From: Candidatus Velesiimonas alkalicola | GTDB taxonomy: Bacteria; Omnitrophota; Gorgyraeia; Velesiimonadales; Velesiimonadaceae | Direction of reading: 5' to 3' | Length of the DNA stretch: 64,000 bases | Assembly: GCA_013626165.1 (NCBI GenBank) | Contig: NDHX01000008.1 | Location: 3,316-67,315 of the forward strand | Shown: positions 28,671 through 38,982 of the stretch, piece after piece | Layout: each line of letters starts with the position of its first letter | How positions within the stretch are numbered: position 1 is the first letter of the stretch | Program-made: the position numbers and the translations under genes | The notes under the pieces: model-generated | The model's input: the letters and a program-made list of their open reading frames with translations, nothing else | Told to the model about the DNA's origin: nothing | The model's database searches: none

Positions 28671-28889
28671 CTCCTAAAACAGAGAGGGGTTGTATCCGAA
28701 GCATTTTGGATATTTCTACTCTGGCAGAATCGCCAGAATCCCCTACCTGTGACATATTATCCGGGATACTTTAATTTATCCTCCAATAAAAGATGTTTTA
28801 GTCTAATACAACAGATATAAGTTTGACCCTTCTCCTAATGCCCTCTTCATGTATTATTTCCGCCTTCTTTTTAATGGTTTTTATTTTTA

Positions 28890-29390
28890 TCACCACTGAA
28901 ATGTTTTTTGCTTTTCCTGCGGTTTTTTAGACGCTTCCTGGGCGGGTGTTCTTCTTCTTTCATTGTTTATTGTTTTTTCAACTAATTTGTGGACTGCCCT
29001 TATCTTTTCGTTTTCTCTTGGTATGTATTCAAAAGTTACATCAGCCTTTGTTGAAAGTGTATCTATTTCTGCAAGGAGCATTTTTAAGCCTATATTCTTG
29101 CATCTGTATTCGCCATTTATCTGTTTGACAACAAGTTCACTGTCTGTAAAACATTTAATTGCCCTTGGCCTTAGCACAAGAGCGGTTTTTATTCCAAAAA
29201 TAAGTGCCCTGTATTCAGCAACATTATTTGTTGCAGTTCCTATAAACTCCGATTTTTTTGCTATCTCGTTGCCGATTTTATCGTAAAGGATTGCCCCTAT
29301 CCCGGCATCGCTCTGTGTCGGAGAATTTTTAAGTGAGCCACCATCAGCATATACATAGATGATGTTTATATTTTTTAATTTTTCCTTCAT
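28890..29390 (-). CDS. rnhA: Ribonuclease HI family protein
   Basis: YADGGS, TNNVAEYRAL, TDSELVVKQING.Y, IPRE.N. Confidence 0.88.
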   Translation of the reverse strand: MKEKLKNINIIYVYADGGSLKNSPTQSDAGIGAILYDKIGNEIAKKSEFIGTATNNVAEYRALIFGIKTALVLRPRAIKCFTDSELVVKQINGEYRCKNIGLKMLLAEIDTLSTKADVTFEYIPRENEKIRAVHKLVEKTINNERRRTPAQEASKKPQEKQKTFQW

Positions 29391-29398
29391 AAAAAAGC

Positions 29399-30397
29399 TC
29401 AATCCACAAATTCAATCCTGTTTTCTCCCTTCTTTACCCTGCCCAATACCCAGGTGTTTAAACCGCTGTTTTTAAGGCTTGTCAGTGCAAAATTTGTATC
29501 TTTTTCTTTAACCACAACCACCATTCCGACACCCATATTAAATGTTCTATGCATCTCTTTGAAAGATATATTTGCTCTTGTTTGAATTGTATTAAATATC
29601 TCAGGGACCGCCCATGAATTTTTTTTAATACAAGGAGTTAAACCTGGTGGAATAATCTTTGTAATTTTCTCAAAAAACGCCCCGCCTGTTATATGTGCAA
29701 TCCCCAGAAGACTAATCTTTTCTATCAGGGACAATACCGGCTTTACATATATTTTGGTTGGTTTTAGAAGCTCTTCAGCCCACAGGGTTTTAATTTCTTT
29801 TTCTGTGAACAGTTTTCTTACCAATGAAAAACCGTTTGAATGAAGCCCGTTTGATTCTATTCCGATAATAATATCACCAACGGAAATATTTGAACAATTT
29901 ATAATCTTTTGCCTTTCAACAATACCAACGCAAAAACCAGCAAGGTCATACTCGTTGTCTTTATAAAATCCGGGCATCTCGGCGGTTTCTCCCCCCACAA
30001 GAGAACACCCGGCCTTTCTGCACCCTTCGGTAATTCCTTTTATTACATCAACAAGAACATTTTTTTTAATTCTGCCTGTTGCAATATAGTTGAGAAAAAA
30101 AAGAGGCCGTGCCCCTGAACATAAAACATCGTTAACATTCATTGCAACAAGGTCTATTCCTACGGTATTGTGTTTATTAACGAGAAATGCCACCTTCAGT
30201 TTTGTTCCTACACCATCGGTGGATGAGACAAGCACTGGCTCTTTGTATTCATTGGGAATTTTAAAAAAACTCCCAAACCCCCCTATATCTTTTAACACAA
30301 GGTCTGAATGTGTAGAACACATATCTTTTCTTATGTTTTTTATAAATTCATCTGCTGTTTTTATATCTACACCTGCTTTTTTATATGTCATTTTCAT
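29399..30397 (-). CDS. purM: Phosphoribosylformylglycinamidine cyclo-ligase
   Basis: YKKAGVD, STDGVGTK, GGETAEMPG, SNGLHSNG, HITGG, FNMGVG. Confidence 0.96.
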   Translation of the reverse strand: MKMTYKKAGVDIKTADEFIKNIRKDMCSTHSDLVLKDIGGFGSFFKIPNEYKEPVLVSSTDGVGTKLKVAFLVNKHNTVGIDLVAMNVNDVLCSGARPLFFLNYIATGRIKKNVLVDVIKGITEGCRKAGCSLVGGETAEMPGFYKDNEYDLAGFCVGIVERQKIINCSNISVGDIIIGIESNGLHSNGFSLVRKLFTEKEIKTLWAEELLKPTKIYVKPVLSLIEKISLLGIAHITGGAFFEKITKIIPPGLTPCIKKNSWAVPEIFNTIQTRANISFKEMHRTFNMGVGMVVVVKEKDTNFALTSLKNSGLNTWVLGRVKKGENRIEFVD

Positions 30398-30422
30398 ATC
30401 GGAGACTCCGATGTTCGGGCGG

Positions 30423-31853
30423 TTAGATTTTTTGACATTCTAAACAGTATTTGCCCTCCGGTTTTTTGCATTTTACCGGATACTTACCAGTAAAACAGGC
30501 TGAACAATATTTATCTTTATCTTCTCCTTCTACGCTTAAAAGTTCCTCTACTGTAAGGTATTCAAGTGTATCTGCTCCTATAAAATTTCTTATTTGTTCG
30601 GTATTATTCCTGGATGCAATAAGTTCTGAGGAATGTGCAAAATCAATCCCATAAAAACAAGGATGTCTATGGGGCGGGCAAGATATTCTTAAATGAACCT
30701 CTTTGGCTCCTGCATCTTTTACTGTTTTGATTCTTGCCTGGGATGTTGTTCCTCTTACGATGGAATCATCCACAACAACAACTTTTTTCCCTTTAAGCAC
30801 AGATTTTACCGGATTTAGTTTTATCTTTACACCGAGGTCTCTGAGCTGTTGCGAGGGCTGAATAAATGTTCGTCCCACATAATGATTTCTTATCATTCCC
30901 ATCTCAAAAGGAAGTCCACTCTGGTGGGCATATCCTATCGCGGCTGTTACACCTGAATCTGGGACAGGCACAACAATGTCTGCATCTGCGGGATGATTTT
31001 TGGCAAGGGTTCGTCCAAGTGCCTCTCTTATTTCGTATACATTTTTGCCAAATACAATAGAATCCGGTCTTGCAAAATATATATGTTCAAAAATACAGTA
31101 CGATAAAAATCCTGATTGTAATTGTTCAGGTTTCCAGGAATGAAGTCCTTTTTCATCAAGAATTACAATCTCTCCGGCTTCTACATCTCTTAAATATCTT
31201 GCGTTCACAAGGTCTAATGCACAGGTTTCGGATGCAACAATAAATGAATTGTCGACCTTTCCTATAACAAGGGGTCTAAAACCTTGCGGGTCTCTTACTG
31301 CAATAATTTTTTTAGGGACAAGTATAATAAGTGAATACGAGCCTTTGATTTGGGCAAGAGACTCAAGCAGCGCCTTTTCAAAAACCTTGTGCTTGCTTCT
31401 TGATATAAGGTGAACTATTATCTCGCTATCAGTCGTTGATTGGAATATTGCTCCCTGTTTTTCAAGAGACTTTCTTAAATGTAAAGAATTTACAAGATTG
31501 CCATTATGCCCTATTGCAATAGGTCCCTGTTTACAGACTATGTGTATAGGCTGAGCATTTTTTATTGTACTTGAACCTGTTGTAGAATATCTTACATGTC
31601 CTATAGCAAGGCTGCCCTTTAACTGGTCTATGACATTGGGGGGAAATACATCGTTTACAAGCCCCGTTGCTTTATGTGAGTTAATCTGTTTTCCATCCCA
31701 CACTGCAATACCAGCCGACTCTTCTCCTCTGTGTTGAAGTGCATAAAGCCCCAAATATGCAATCTTTGCGGCACTGTCATTATTAGAAACACCAAATAAA
31801 CCGCAATATTCTTTCGGAGGCCTCATTATCAGGTGAGCTGTATAATCTGCCAT
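30423..31853 (-). CDS. purF: Amidophosphoribosyltransferase
   Basis: EYCGLFG, LQHRG, GHVRYST, VDDSIVRGTT, Fe-S cysteines. Confidence 0.96.
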   Translation of the reverse strand: MADYTAHLIMRPPKEYCGLFGVSNNDSAAKIAYLGLYALQHRGEESAGIAVWDGKQINSHKATGLVNDVFPPNVIDQLKGSLAIGHVRYSTTGSSTIKNAQPIHIVCKQGPIAIGHNGNLVNSLHLRKSLEKQGAIFQSTTDSEIIVHLISRSKHKVFEKALLESLAQIKGSYSLIILVPKKIIAVRDPQGFRPLVIGKVDNSFIVASETCALDLVNARYLRDVEAGEIVILDEKGLHSWKPEQLQSGFLSYCIFEHIYFARPDSIVFGKNVYEIREALGRTLAKNHPADADIVVPVPDSGVTAAIGYAHQSGLPFEMGMIRNHYVGRTFIQPSQQLRDLGVKIKLNPVKSVLKGKKVVVVDDSIVRGTTSQARIKTVKDAGAKEVHLRISCPPHRHPCFYGIDFAHSSELIASRNNTEQIRNFIGADTLEYLTVEELLSVEGEDKDKYCSACFTGKYPVKCKKPEGKYCLECQKI

Positions 31854-31879
31854 TGTTCCCTTGCCTTTTTCGCAACCCC

Positions 31880-32668
31880 TTATATGTGTTTCTTTATATA
31901 TTCCACCGCATTTTTAAATATTTTAAGCCCATCACCATATTTTGGCAGATCTTTAATCCTGTGCCAGAACGGATGGTTATAAGAGAATATGTGTCTTTCA
32001 GGATGGGGCATAATACCGAGTATTCTGCCTGTTGTGTCGCATACACCTGCGATAGAATCCACAGAGCCATTGGGGTTTGAAGGATAGCCCTGTATTTCAC
32101 CATTTTTATCTGTATATTGAAATACTATGTGTTTATTTTTCCAGTGCCCAGAAAGGATATCTTTATTTAAGGGAACATATTTACCTTCCCCATGCGCAAC
32201 GGGCAACATAATTATATCATTTATATCTTTTGTCCATACACAGTGTGTTTTTGCAGGTCTTAAACAGACCCACCTATCCTCAAATTTTCCGGAATCATTA
32301 TGTGTAAAGGTTGCCTGCTGTATGCTTTTTTCCTCTATTGCAGGAAGAAGCCCTGCTTTTACAAGTACCTGAAAACCGTTACATATGCCGATAACCAATT
32401 TCCCGTTTTTTACAAATTTCTGTATCTGTTCCTTCAAACAAAACCGTATCTCATTGGCAAGTATTTTTCCAGGGGCAACATCATCTCCATATGTAAAACC
32501 ACCGGGTATTGCTATTATATGATAGACTAAAAAAGAGGCGGGATTTTTTATTATAGAATTTATATGAAACTCTTCAGGAATTGCCCCTGCATACTTAAAT
32601 GCAAAGGCAGTTTCTGTATTACAGTTTGTGCCAGCGGCCCTGATTACAAGAACCCGCACCTTTTTCAT
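31880..32668 (-). CDS. purQ: FGAM synthase glutaminase subunit
   Basis: GTNC, PGGFTYGD, GICNGFQ, AHGEG, NPNGS, MPHPER. Confidence 0.95.
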   Translation of the reverse strand: MKKVRVLVIRAAGTNCNTETAFAFKYAGAIPEEFHINSIIKNPASFLVYHIIAIPGGFTYGDDVAPGKILANEIRFCLKEQIQKFVKNGKLVIGICNGFQVLVKAGLLPAIEEKSIQQATFTHNDSGKFEDRWVCLRPAKTHCVWTKDINDIIMLPVAHGEGKYVPLNKDILSGHWKNKHIVFQYTDKNGEIQGYPSNPNGSVDSIAGVCDTTGRILGIMPHPERHIFSYNHPFWHRIKDLPKYGDGLKIFKNAVEYIKKHI

Positions 32669-32975
32669 ATAAATAAGCATAGCATATTTAGAAAAAAAAT
32701 CAAGAAACAGGTTGTAACTGAGTGGGAACGGGAACCTCAGTTGTTAGTGGAAAAAACTCAGGAGAAGAAAATATAATTATACTTATTGATGGAAAAACCG
32801 CTTATGGCAAAATTAAAAAGTTTATCGCAAAATTATTTTATTTCAAATAGTTTTGTGTTAAAATATGCCCAGGAGCCCATTACGCAACCGCACACATGAG
32901 AGAGGACGCCATAGGTTAAGAACCTGATGTGTGTAACCAATGGGGTTATGCTCATGGACTCTAAAGAGAGGTGGT

Positions 32976-33437
32976 ATGAAAACAATAGAAGGCAATCTTA
33001 TTGGCAAAGGGAAAAGGTTTGGAATTGTAGCATCAAGGTTTAATGATTTTATTACAAAAAAACTTATAGAGGGTGCAGTTGATGCACTAATAAGACATGG
33101 TGTTGTGGAAACAGACATTTCACTGGTCTGGGTGCCTGGCGCTTTTGAAATACCTGTGCTTGCATTGTCAATGGCAAAATCAAAAAAATTTGATGCAGTT
33201 GTGTGTCTTGGAACAATTATAAGAGGAGGGACCGGTCATTTTGAATATATTGCAAATGAATGCGCCAAAGGCATAGCCTTTGTTTCTTTGCAGACGGGCC
33301 TTCCGTGCATATTTGGTGTAATAACAGCAGATTCTATTGAACAGGCAGTTGAAAGAGCCGGCACAAAACAGGGCAACAAGGGTGCAGATGCAGCCATCAG
33401 TGCAATAGAAATGGTGAATCTCTTAGAAAAGATATAA
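32976..33437 (+). CDS. ribH: Lumazine synthase
   Basis: [33 protein letters not shown]. Confidence 0.96.
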   Translation: MKTIEGNLIGKGKRFGIVASRFNDFITKKLIEGAVDALIRHGVVETDISLVWVPGAFEIPVLALSMAKSKKFDAVVCLGTIIRGGTGHFEYIANECAKGIAFVSLQTGLPCIFGVITADSIEQAVERAGTKQGNKGADAAISAIEMVNLLEKI

Positions 33438-33450
33438 ATTAAGCAACAGT

Positions 33451-33867
33451 ATGAGACGGCGAACACTTGCAAGAGAATTTGCATTAAAGATGTTGTATTT
33501 GTTGGATATTGATTCCTCTGTTTCACAGATAGATACAGATAGATTCTGGGAGGATTGGGGAGCAAAACAAGCAGAAAGTGTGTGCCTATATACAAAAAAA
33601 TTAATTGATGGAACTATAAAAAATAAACAGACAATAGACCAGGTTATACAGAAAAGGGCTGAAAACTGGGAATTAAAAAGGATGTCTTTTATAGACAGAA
33701 GTGTTTTAAGGCTTGCCACATATGAATTGTTATACGAAAACGAGGTTCCTCCTAATGTTGTAATAAATGAGGCAATTGATATAGCAAAAAAATATGGAGA
33801 AGAAGGGTCTGGTGGATTTGTCAACGGCATACTTGATAAGATAAACAAGGAAGATAGGGAAACTTAA
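33451..33867 (+). CDS. nusB: Transcription antitermination factor
   Basis: RR..ARE.A, DR..LRLA.YE, VINEAI.IAKKYG, FVNGILD. Confidence 0.95.
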   Translation: MRRRTLAREFALKMLYLLDIDSSVSQIDTDRFWEDWGAKQAESVCLYTKKLIDGTIKNKQTIDQVIQKRAENWELKRMSFIDRSVLRLATYELLYENEVPPNVVINEAIDIAKKYGEEGSGGFVNGILDKINKEDRET

Positions 33868-33903
33868 AATTTTTATTTATGTAAACTTTTGCTGAATGCA
33901 AAA

Positions 33904-35067
33904 ATGAAATTCTCAAAATTTCACCAAAGGATGATGCAAGAGGTAATAACGCTTGCAAAAAAGGGTTGCGGCACGACGGGTAAAAATCCGAGGGTTGGTG
34001 CAATATTAGTTAAAAACAACAGAATTATATCAAGGGGATTTCATAAACAGGCCGGCTCACCGCATGCAGAAGCAACAGCGATAAAATTGGCAGGAAAAAA
34101 AGCAAGAGGTGCCTCGTTATATGTAAACATGGAACCCTGCTGTCATTTTGGTAATACTCCTCCCTGTACGGATGCAATAATAGGAGCGGGCATAAAAAGA
34201 GTTTTTTATTCAATAGATGACCCAGATATAAGAAACAGAGGCAGGGCTGAAAAAATTCTTAAAAAAAACCGCATTATTGTTTATAAGGGTTTATTAAAAC
34301 AGGATGCAGAAAATATCAACGCAGGATTTATAAAAAGAAATACAAAATTACTTCCATACCTTACACTAAAACTTGCAATAAGTCTTGACGGGAAAATTGC
34401 AACATCTGATGGCCAGTCAAAATGGATAACATCTGAAAACTCAAGAAGGATTGTCCAGAAATTAAGGATGCAGACAGATGCGATACTTGTTGGTATAAAA
34501 ACCGTCTTAAAGGACAACCCTTCACTTTCATTAAGGGGGAAAAATGGGGCCTTTCTGTCACATCAGCCCTATAAAGTAATACTTGATTCGGATTTGAGAA
34601 TACCGCTTAACTGTAATGTATTAAAATCTTCTCCGAACAGGGTAATAATTGTTTGTAAAAAAAGATGCAGTAAAGACAGGATAAAAAAATTGGCAGGGAA
34701 AAATGTAACTGTATGGCAATCACACGGGTTAAAGGAATTTATAGATGTTAGATGGATTTTGAAAAAATTAGCAAAAGAACTTTCAATAAACTATATCCTT
34801 TGTGAAGGAGGAGCAAAAGTCGCATCAAGTCTCTTAGAACAGGGGTGTGTTGATAAAATAATATTTTTCATTGCACCAATTTTAATAGGCGGGGATAAGT
34901 CCTGCACGGGTGAAATAGGCGTAAAAAAACTATCTTCTGCTATAAAACTAAAAAATATAAAATATGGTTTTGCCTTACAATATAACCCAAATGTATTGAG
35001 AAAAGATAAAGCAGACAGTTCCTTAAAAGATTTAATTGTGGAGGCAGATGTTTACAGGAATAGTTGA
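33904..35067 (+). CDS. ribD: Riboflavin deaminase/reductase
   Basis: NPRVGA, HAE, EPCCH.G.TPPC, SLDGKIA, WIT, EGG. Confidence 0.95.
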   Translation: MKFSKFHQRMMQEVITLAKKGCGTTGKNPRVGAILVKNNRIISRGFHKQAGSPHAEATAIKLAGKKARGASLYVNMEPCCHFGNTPPCTDAIIGAGIKRVFYSIDDPDIRNRGRAEKILKKNRIIVYKGLLKQDAENINAGFIKRNTKLLPYLTLKLAISLDGKIATSDGQSKWITSENSRRIVQKLRMQTDAILVGIKTVLKDNPSLSLRGKNGAFLSHQPYKVILDSDLRIPLNCNVLKSSPNRVIIVCKKRCSKDRIKKLAGKNVTVWQSHGLKEFIDVRWILKKLAKELSINYILCEGGAKVASSLLEQGCVDKIIFFIAPILIGGDKSCTGEIGVKKLSSAIKLKNIKYGFALQYNPNVLRKDKADSSLKDLIVEADVYRNS

Positions 35068-35683
35068 AACGCTGGGTGTTGTAACAGAGAGTAAAAGAAA
35101 ACCGTCTTTAACCACCGTTTCCATAGAAATTCCTTTAATCTATAATGACATAAAACAAGGAGATAGCATACTTGTAGATGGCGTATGTTTAACTGTGTCA
35201 GAATACTTAAAACAAGGCTCAAAAAGTATTTTTATATCAGACATAATGGACATAACCCTGCAAAGGACAACACTGGAAAATTTATATGTCGGAAGAAAAC
35301 TAAATATTGAAAGGGCTTTAAGACTTGATGAAAGATTAGGCGGACACTTTGTAACCGGACATATTGACACTATTGGTAGATTAAATATCATTTCTAAACA
35401 GGAGGGCAAGACGGTATTTGAGGTTTTTCCAAAGGAGGATATTTACAGGTTTCTTGCCCCTCTAGGTTCTGTTGCAGTTGACGGGATAAGTCTTACACTT
35501 GCAGAATCTAAACGGAATAGTTTTATGTTTCATTGTATCCCTCATACACTTTTTGCAACAACCCTTGGGAACACTTCCCTCAGGGATGTGAATATTGAGG
35601 TTGATATCATTGCAAGATATGTTTCACAATTGATAAGTTCTGCACATTCAGAGAATAAAATAAAGGAATTTTTAAATGGATGA
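35048..35683 (+). CDS. ribE: Riboflavin synthase (alpha chain)
   Basis: MFTGIVE, DGVCLTV, NIERAL, GGHFVTGHID, NIEVD. Confidence 0.95.
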   Translation: MFTGIVETLGVVTESKRKPSLTTVSIEIPLIYNDIKQGDSILVDGVCLTVSEYLKQGSKSIFISDIMDITLQRTTLENLYVGRKLNIERALRLDERLGGHFVTGHIDTIGRLNIISKQEGKTVFEVFPKEDIYRFLAPLGSVAVDGISLTLAESKRNSFMFHCIPHTLFATTLGNTSLRDVNIEVDIIARYVSQLISSAHSENKIKEFLNG

Positions 35684-36134
35684 CGGTTTTATACAGATAA
35701 TAAATAATAAACCCTTGCTCTCAGCAATTGTTGCATGGGCAATCACACAGGCACTAAAGGTTTTTATCAATGTAAGAAAAGAAAAAAGATTTGATTTTAG
35801 ATGGTTTATCGGACCCGGCGGTATGCCGAGTGTTCATACCGCAGGGGTTGTAGCGCTTGCAACAGCTATTGGTATATCCGAGGGTATTGGGTCGGGCCTG
35901 TTTGCTATCTCAGTTATTCTTGCTTTAACAGTAGTATTTGATGCTCAGGTTGTAAGAAGAAATTTTGGCTATCAGGCACAGGCACTGAACAAGATAATAG
36001 AAGATATATATTCCAGAAGAGAAATAAAAGAAGAAAGGTTAAAAGAACTTCTCGGACACACACCTATGGAGGTAATTGTAGGGGGGCTTTTAGGATTTAT
36101 AATAGCAGTTATGATATGTTGGGGGTCAGGGTAA
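35676..36134 (+). CDS. Divergent PAP2 family protein (DUF212-like)
   Basis: Q.LK, GGMPS.H, DA..VRR..G.QA..LN, LKELLGHTP.EV. Confidence 0.88.
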   Translation: MDDGFIQIINNKPLLSAIVAWAITQALKVFINVRKEKRFDFRWFIGPGGMPSVHTAGVVALATAIGISEGIGSGLFAISVILALTVVFDAQVVRRNFGYQAQALNKIIEDIYSRREIKEERLKELLGHTPMEVIVGGLLGFIIAVMICWGSG

Positions 36135-36138
36135 AACT

Positions 36139-36756
36139 ATGGAAAATCTTGAAATTATTAAATGGTTAGGGCATGCAGGCTTCAGGATTGAAGGCTCAAA
36201 GACTATATATATTGACCCATACCAAATCCAGGCTGGAAAACCTGCAGATATAATTCTTATCACACATACCCACTATGACCACTGTAGTAAAGACGATATC
36301 AATAAAATAAAAAAACAGGATACGGTGCTTATTGCCCCCGAGGATTGTGCTCCAGACTGGAAGGGAGAAAGAAAGATTCTAAAACCCGGACAAAAAGATG
36401 TTGTAAAGGGTATAAAAATATTTGCTATCCTTGCATACAATAAAAACAAGAATTTTCACCCAAAACAAAATGACTGGGTAGGATATATTGTAAGTATAGA
36501 CGGGCTTAAAATTTATCATGCAGGAGATACAGACGCCACCCCTGAGATGGAAAAAATTGATGTGGATGTGGCACTTCTTCCTATCGGGGGGACATATACA
36601 ATGGATGTCCAAGATGCCCTGTCTGTTATAAACAAAATGAAAGTAAAAACGGTTATGCCAATGCATTACGGAACTATTATTGGAACACAAAAGGATGCGC
36701 AAGAATTAAAGGTAAAATCAAAAGTGCCGATTTTGATACTTGAAAAAACAAGATAA
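36139..36756 (+). CDS. MBL-fold metallo-hydrolase
   Basis: WLGHA, THTHYDH, HAGDT, PIGG, PMHY. Confidence 0.88.
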   Translation: MENLEIIKWLGHAGFRIEGSKTIYIDPYQIQAGKPADIILITHTHYDHCSKDDINKIKKQDTVLIAPEDCAPDWKGERKILKPGQKDVVKGIKIFAILAYNKNKNFHPKQNDWVGYIVSIDGLKIYHAGDTDATPEMEKIDVDVALLPIGGTYTMDVQDALSVINKMKVKTVMPMHYGTIIGTQKDAQELKVKSKVPILILEKTR

Positions 36757-36761
36757 ATTTT

Positions 36762-38027
36762 ATGCATGATTTCCAATATAAAAATGGCAAACTATGCTGT
36801 GAAGATGTTCCGCTTGACCAGATTGCAGCAGTATGTGGAACACCTACATATGTGTACAGTTATAAAACCCTCACAGATCATCTGCACAAGATACAGGATG
36901 CCTTTAAAAGCATCTCGCCCCTTATCTGTTATTCAATGAAGGCAAATTCAAACATTGCAATCGTAAGAGCACTTGTAAAAGAAGGTGCAGGCGTTGATGT
37001 TGTATCGGGGGGCGAGCTTTACAGAGCAATTAAAGCAAAGGTTGAACCATCTAAGATTGTATATACAAGTATCGGCAAAACAGAACAGGAAATAAAACAG
37101 GCGATAAAAAAAGGCATATTGATGTTTAATGTAGAATCTCAGGAAGAACTTGTAATAATAGAAAATGCTGCAAGAGAAATGGGAAAAAGAACAAGGGTAT
37201 CTATAAGAGTAAATCCGGATGTTAGCCCATATACACATAAATATATTGCTACGGGTAAAAAACACACAAAGTTTGGGCTTGATATAAAAACCACCGAAGA
37301 CTTAATAATAAGAGCATCTGTTTTTTCAAATATCCATGTCTGCGGAATACATATCCACATAGGCTCACAGATTGTATCTTCAAAACCGTTTGTGAAGGCG
37401 CTTAATAAAATATCAAAACTTATTCAGAAATTGAAAAAAAAGGGAGTGGTCCTTCAATATCTTAATATCGGAGGAGGGCTGGGGATTATATATAAAGAAG
37501 AAAAACCACAGACTGCAAAACAGTTTGCAGATGCAGTATTAAAAACACTTAAAAATATTGATTTAAAGATTATAATGGAACCCGGAAGGTTTATAGTCGG
37601 TAATGCAGGAGTATTGCTTACCAAGGTATTGTATATAAAGCACACACCAGTAAAAAGGTTTGTGATAGTTGATGCAGGTATGAATGATCTTATTCGTCCT
37701 ACTCTGTACAGGGCTTACCACCAGATACTACCTGTTGGGGAAAGATTTTTGAAAAACCAGTGGAAGGTTGATGTCGTAGGTCCTGTATGTGAAAGCGGAG
37801 ATTTTTTTGCTCTTGAAAGACAGATGGCCCGTGTTTGCGCGAACGAACTTCTTTCGGTAATGAGTGTCGGTGCATATGGATTCAGTATGTCCAGCAACTA
37901 TAATTCAAGAAGACGCTCAGCAGAGGTTCTTGTTCAGGGGAGCAGGTTTGAACTTATAAGAAAAAGAGAAGATTACAAAGATTTGGTAAGAGGAGAAAAA
38001 ATTCCGCAGTATTTAGAGCCTTCTTAA
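36762..38027 (+). CDS. lysA: Diaminopimelate decarboxylase
   Basis: YSMKAN, VSGGE, HIGSQI, EPGR, GPVCE.GD, GAYG.SM.SNYN. Confidence 0.96.
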   Translation: MHDFQYKNGKLCCEDVPLDQIAAVCGTPTYVYSYKTLTDHLHKIQDAFKSISPLICYSMKANSNIAIVRALVKEGAGVDVVSGGELYRAIKAKVEPSKIVYTSIGKTEQEIKQAIKKGILMFNVESQEELVIIENAAREMGKRTRVSIRVNPDVSPYTHKYIATGKKHTKFGLDIKTTEDLIIRASVFSNIHVCGIHIHIGSQIVSSKPFVKALNKISKLIQKLKKKGVVLQYLNIGGGLGIIYKEEKPQTAKQFADAVLKTLKNIDLKIIMEPGRFIVGNAGVLLTKVLYIKHTPVKRFVIVDAGMNDLIRPTLYRAYHQILPVGERFLKNQWKVDVVGPVCESGDFFALERQMARVCANELLSVMSVGAYGFSMSSNYNSRRRSAEVLVQGSRFELIRKREDYKDLVRGEKIPQYLEPS

Positions 38028-38048
38028 AAATATATCAGAGAATAGTTT

Positions 38049-38912
38049 ATGCAAATAAAATTTTCAAAAATAACAGGAAGCGGGAATGATTTTATTGTAA
38101 TTGACAATAGAAGAAACATAATCTTGTCTGATAATAAAGAAAAAATTGCCCCTATTGTCCGACATTTTTGCGATAGAAAAATGGGAATAGGCGCAGATGG
38201 TGTTTTGCTTCTGGAAAAAAGTAAAAACGCAAGTTTCAGGATGAGGGTTTTCAATTCGGATGGCTCAGAGGCTGAAATGTGTGGCAACGGGACAAGATGC
38301 ATTACTCTTTTTGCAAAAGAAAAAAGAATCGTAAGGGAAACAACTGTAAGTAAAGGGCGCTTTCTTAAAAAAATCAGCATTGAAACCCTTGCAGGAATTA
38401 TAAAAGCAGAGGTTAAAAATAATAATGTTAAAATTCAAATGTCAAAACCCTCTGATTTCAGGAAAGATATATTTTTAAAAATAGAAGAAAAGCCTTACAA
38501 GTTGCATTTTATAAATACAGGAGTTCCGCATACTGTTCTTATTGTGGATGATATAGAAAAAGCCCCTGTTGTTGCAGTAGGGAGAAAGATACGGTTTGAC
38601 CCTAAATTTTCTCCGGCAGGAACAAATGTTAATTTTGTAAAAATTAAAGATAGAAACAATATTATTGTCCGAACATATGAAAGAGGTGTAGAGGATGAGA
38701 CCCTTGCCTGCGGAACGGGTCTTACGGCCTGTTGTTGTGTGCTTGCTTTTCTTGGACTTGTAGATTCCCCTGTTAAGGTAAAGACAAGAGGCGGTGAAAT
38801 TCTTACAGTTTCGCTTAAGAAAGAAAATGATATAATAAAAAATATATTTTTTGAAGGAAAAGTGTATTGGGTATTTGATGGGAAAATACAGCAGGTAGTA
38901 GGTAGTAAGTAG
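38049..38912 (+). CDS. dapF: Diaminopimelate epimerase
   Basis: GSGNDF, GIGADG, EMCGNG, G.PH, ERGVE.ETLACGTG. Confidence 0.96.
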   Translation: MQIKFSKITGSGNDFIVIDNRRNIILSDNKEKIAPIVRHFCDRKMGIGADGVLLLEKSKNASFRMRVFNSDGSEAEMCGNGTRCITLFAKEKRIVRETTVSKGRFLKKISIETLAGIIKAEVKNNNVKIQMSKPSDFRKDIFLKIEEKPYKLHFINTGVPHTVLIVDDIEKAPVVAVGRKIRFDPKFSPAGTNVNFVKIKDRNNIIVRTYERGVEDETLACGTGLTACCCVLAFLGLVDSPVKVKTRGGEILTVSLKKENDIIKNIFFEGKVYWVFDGKIQQVVGSK

Positions 38913-38953
38913 TAGGTGGAAGGTAGGAGATTGTTTTCCTATCTACTACCTAT
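38891..38953. repeat. GTAG-rich short repeats with an inverted partner
   Basis: ggtagtaggtagtaagtagtagg... followed by cctatctactacct. Confidence 0.6.
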
Positions 38954-38982
38954 TATCTCCTGTTTACTAAATAAGGGGGAAT

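Noticed and set aside
32860-32975. FMN, TPP, ZTP riboswitch, 6S or SRP RNA call
   Set aside because: Only fragments match (GAACCTGAT; minus-strand CCTGGGCA). The required conserved cores are missing, so it is left as an unknown structured RNA.
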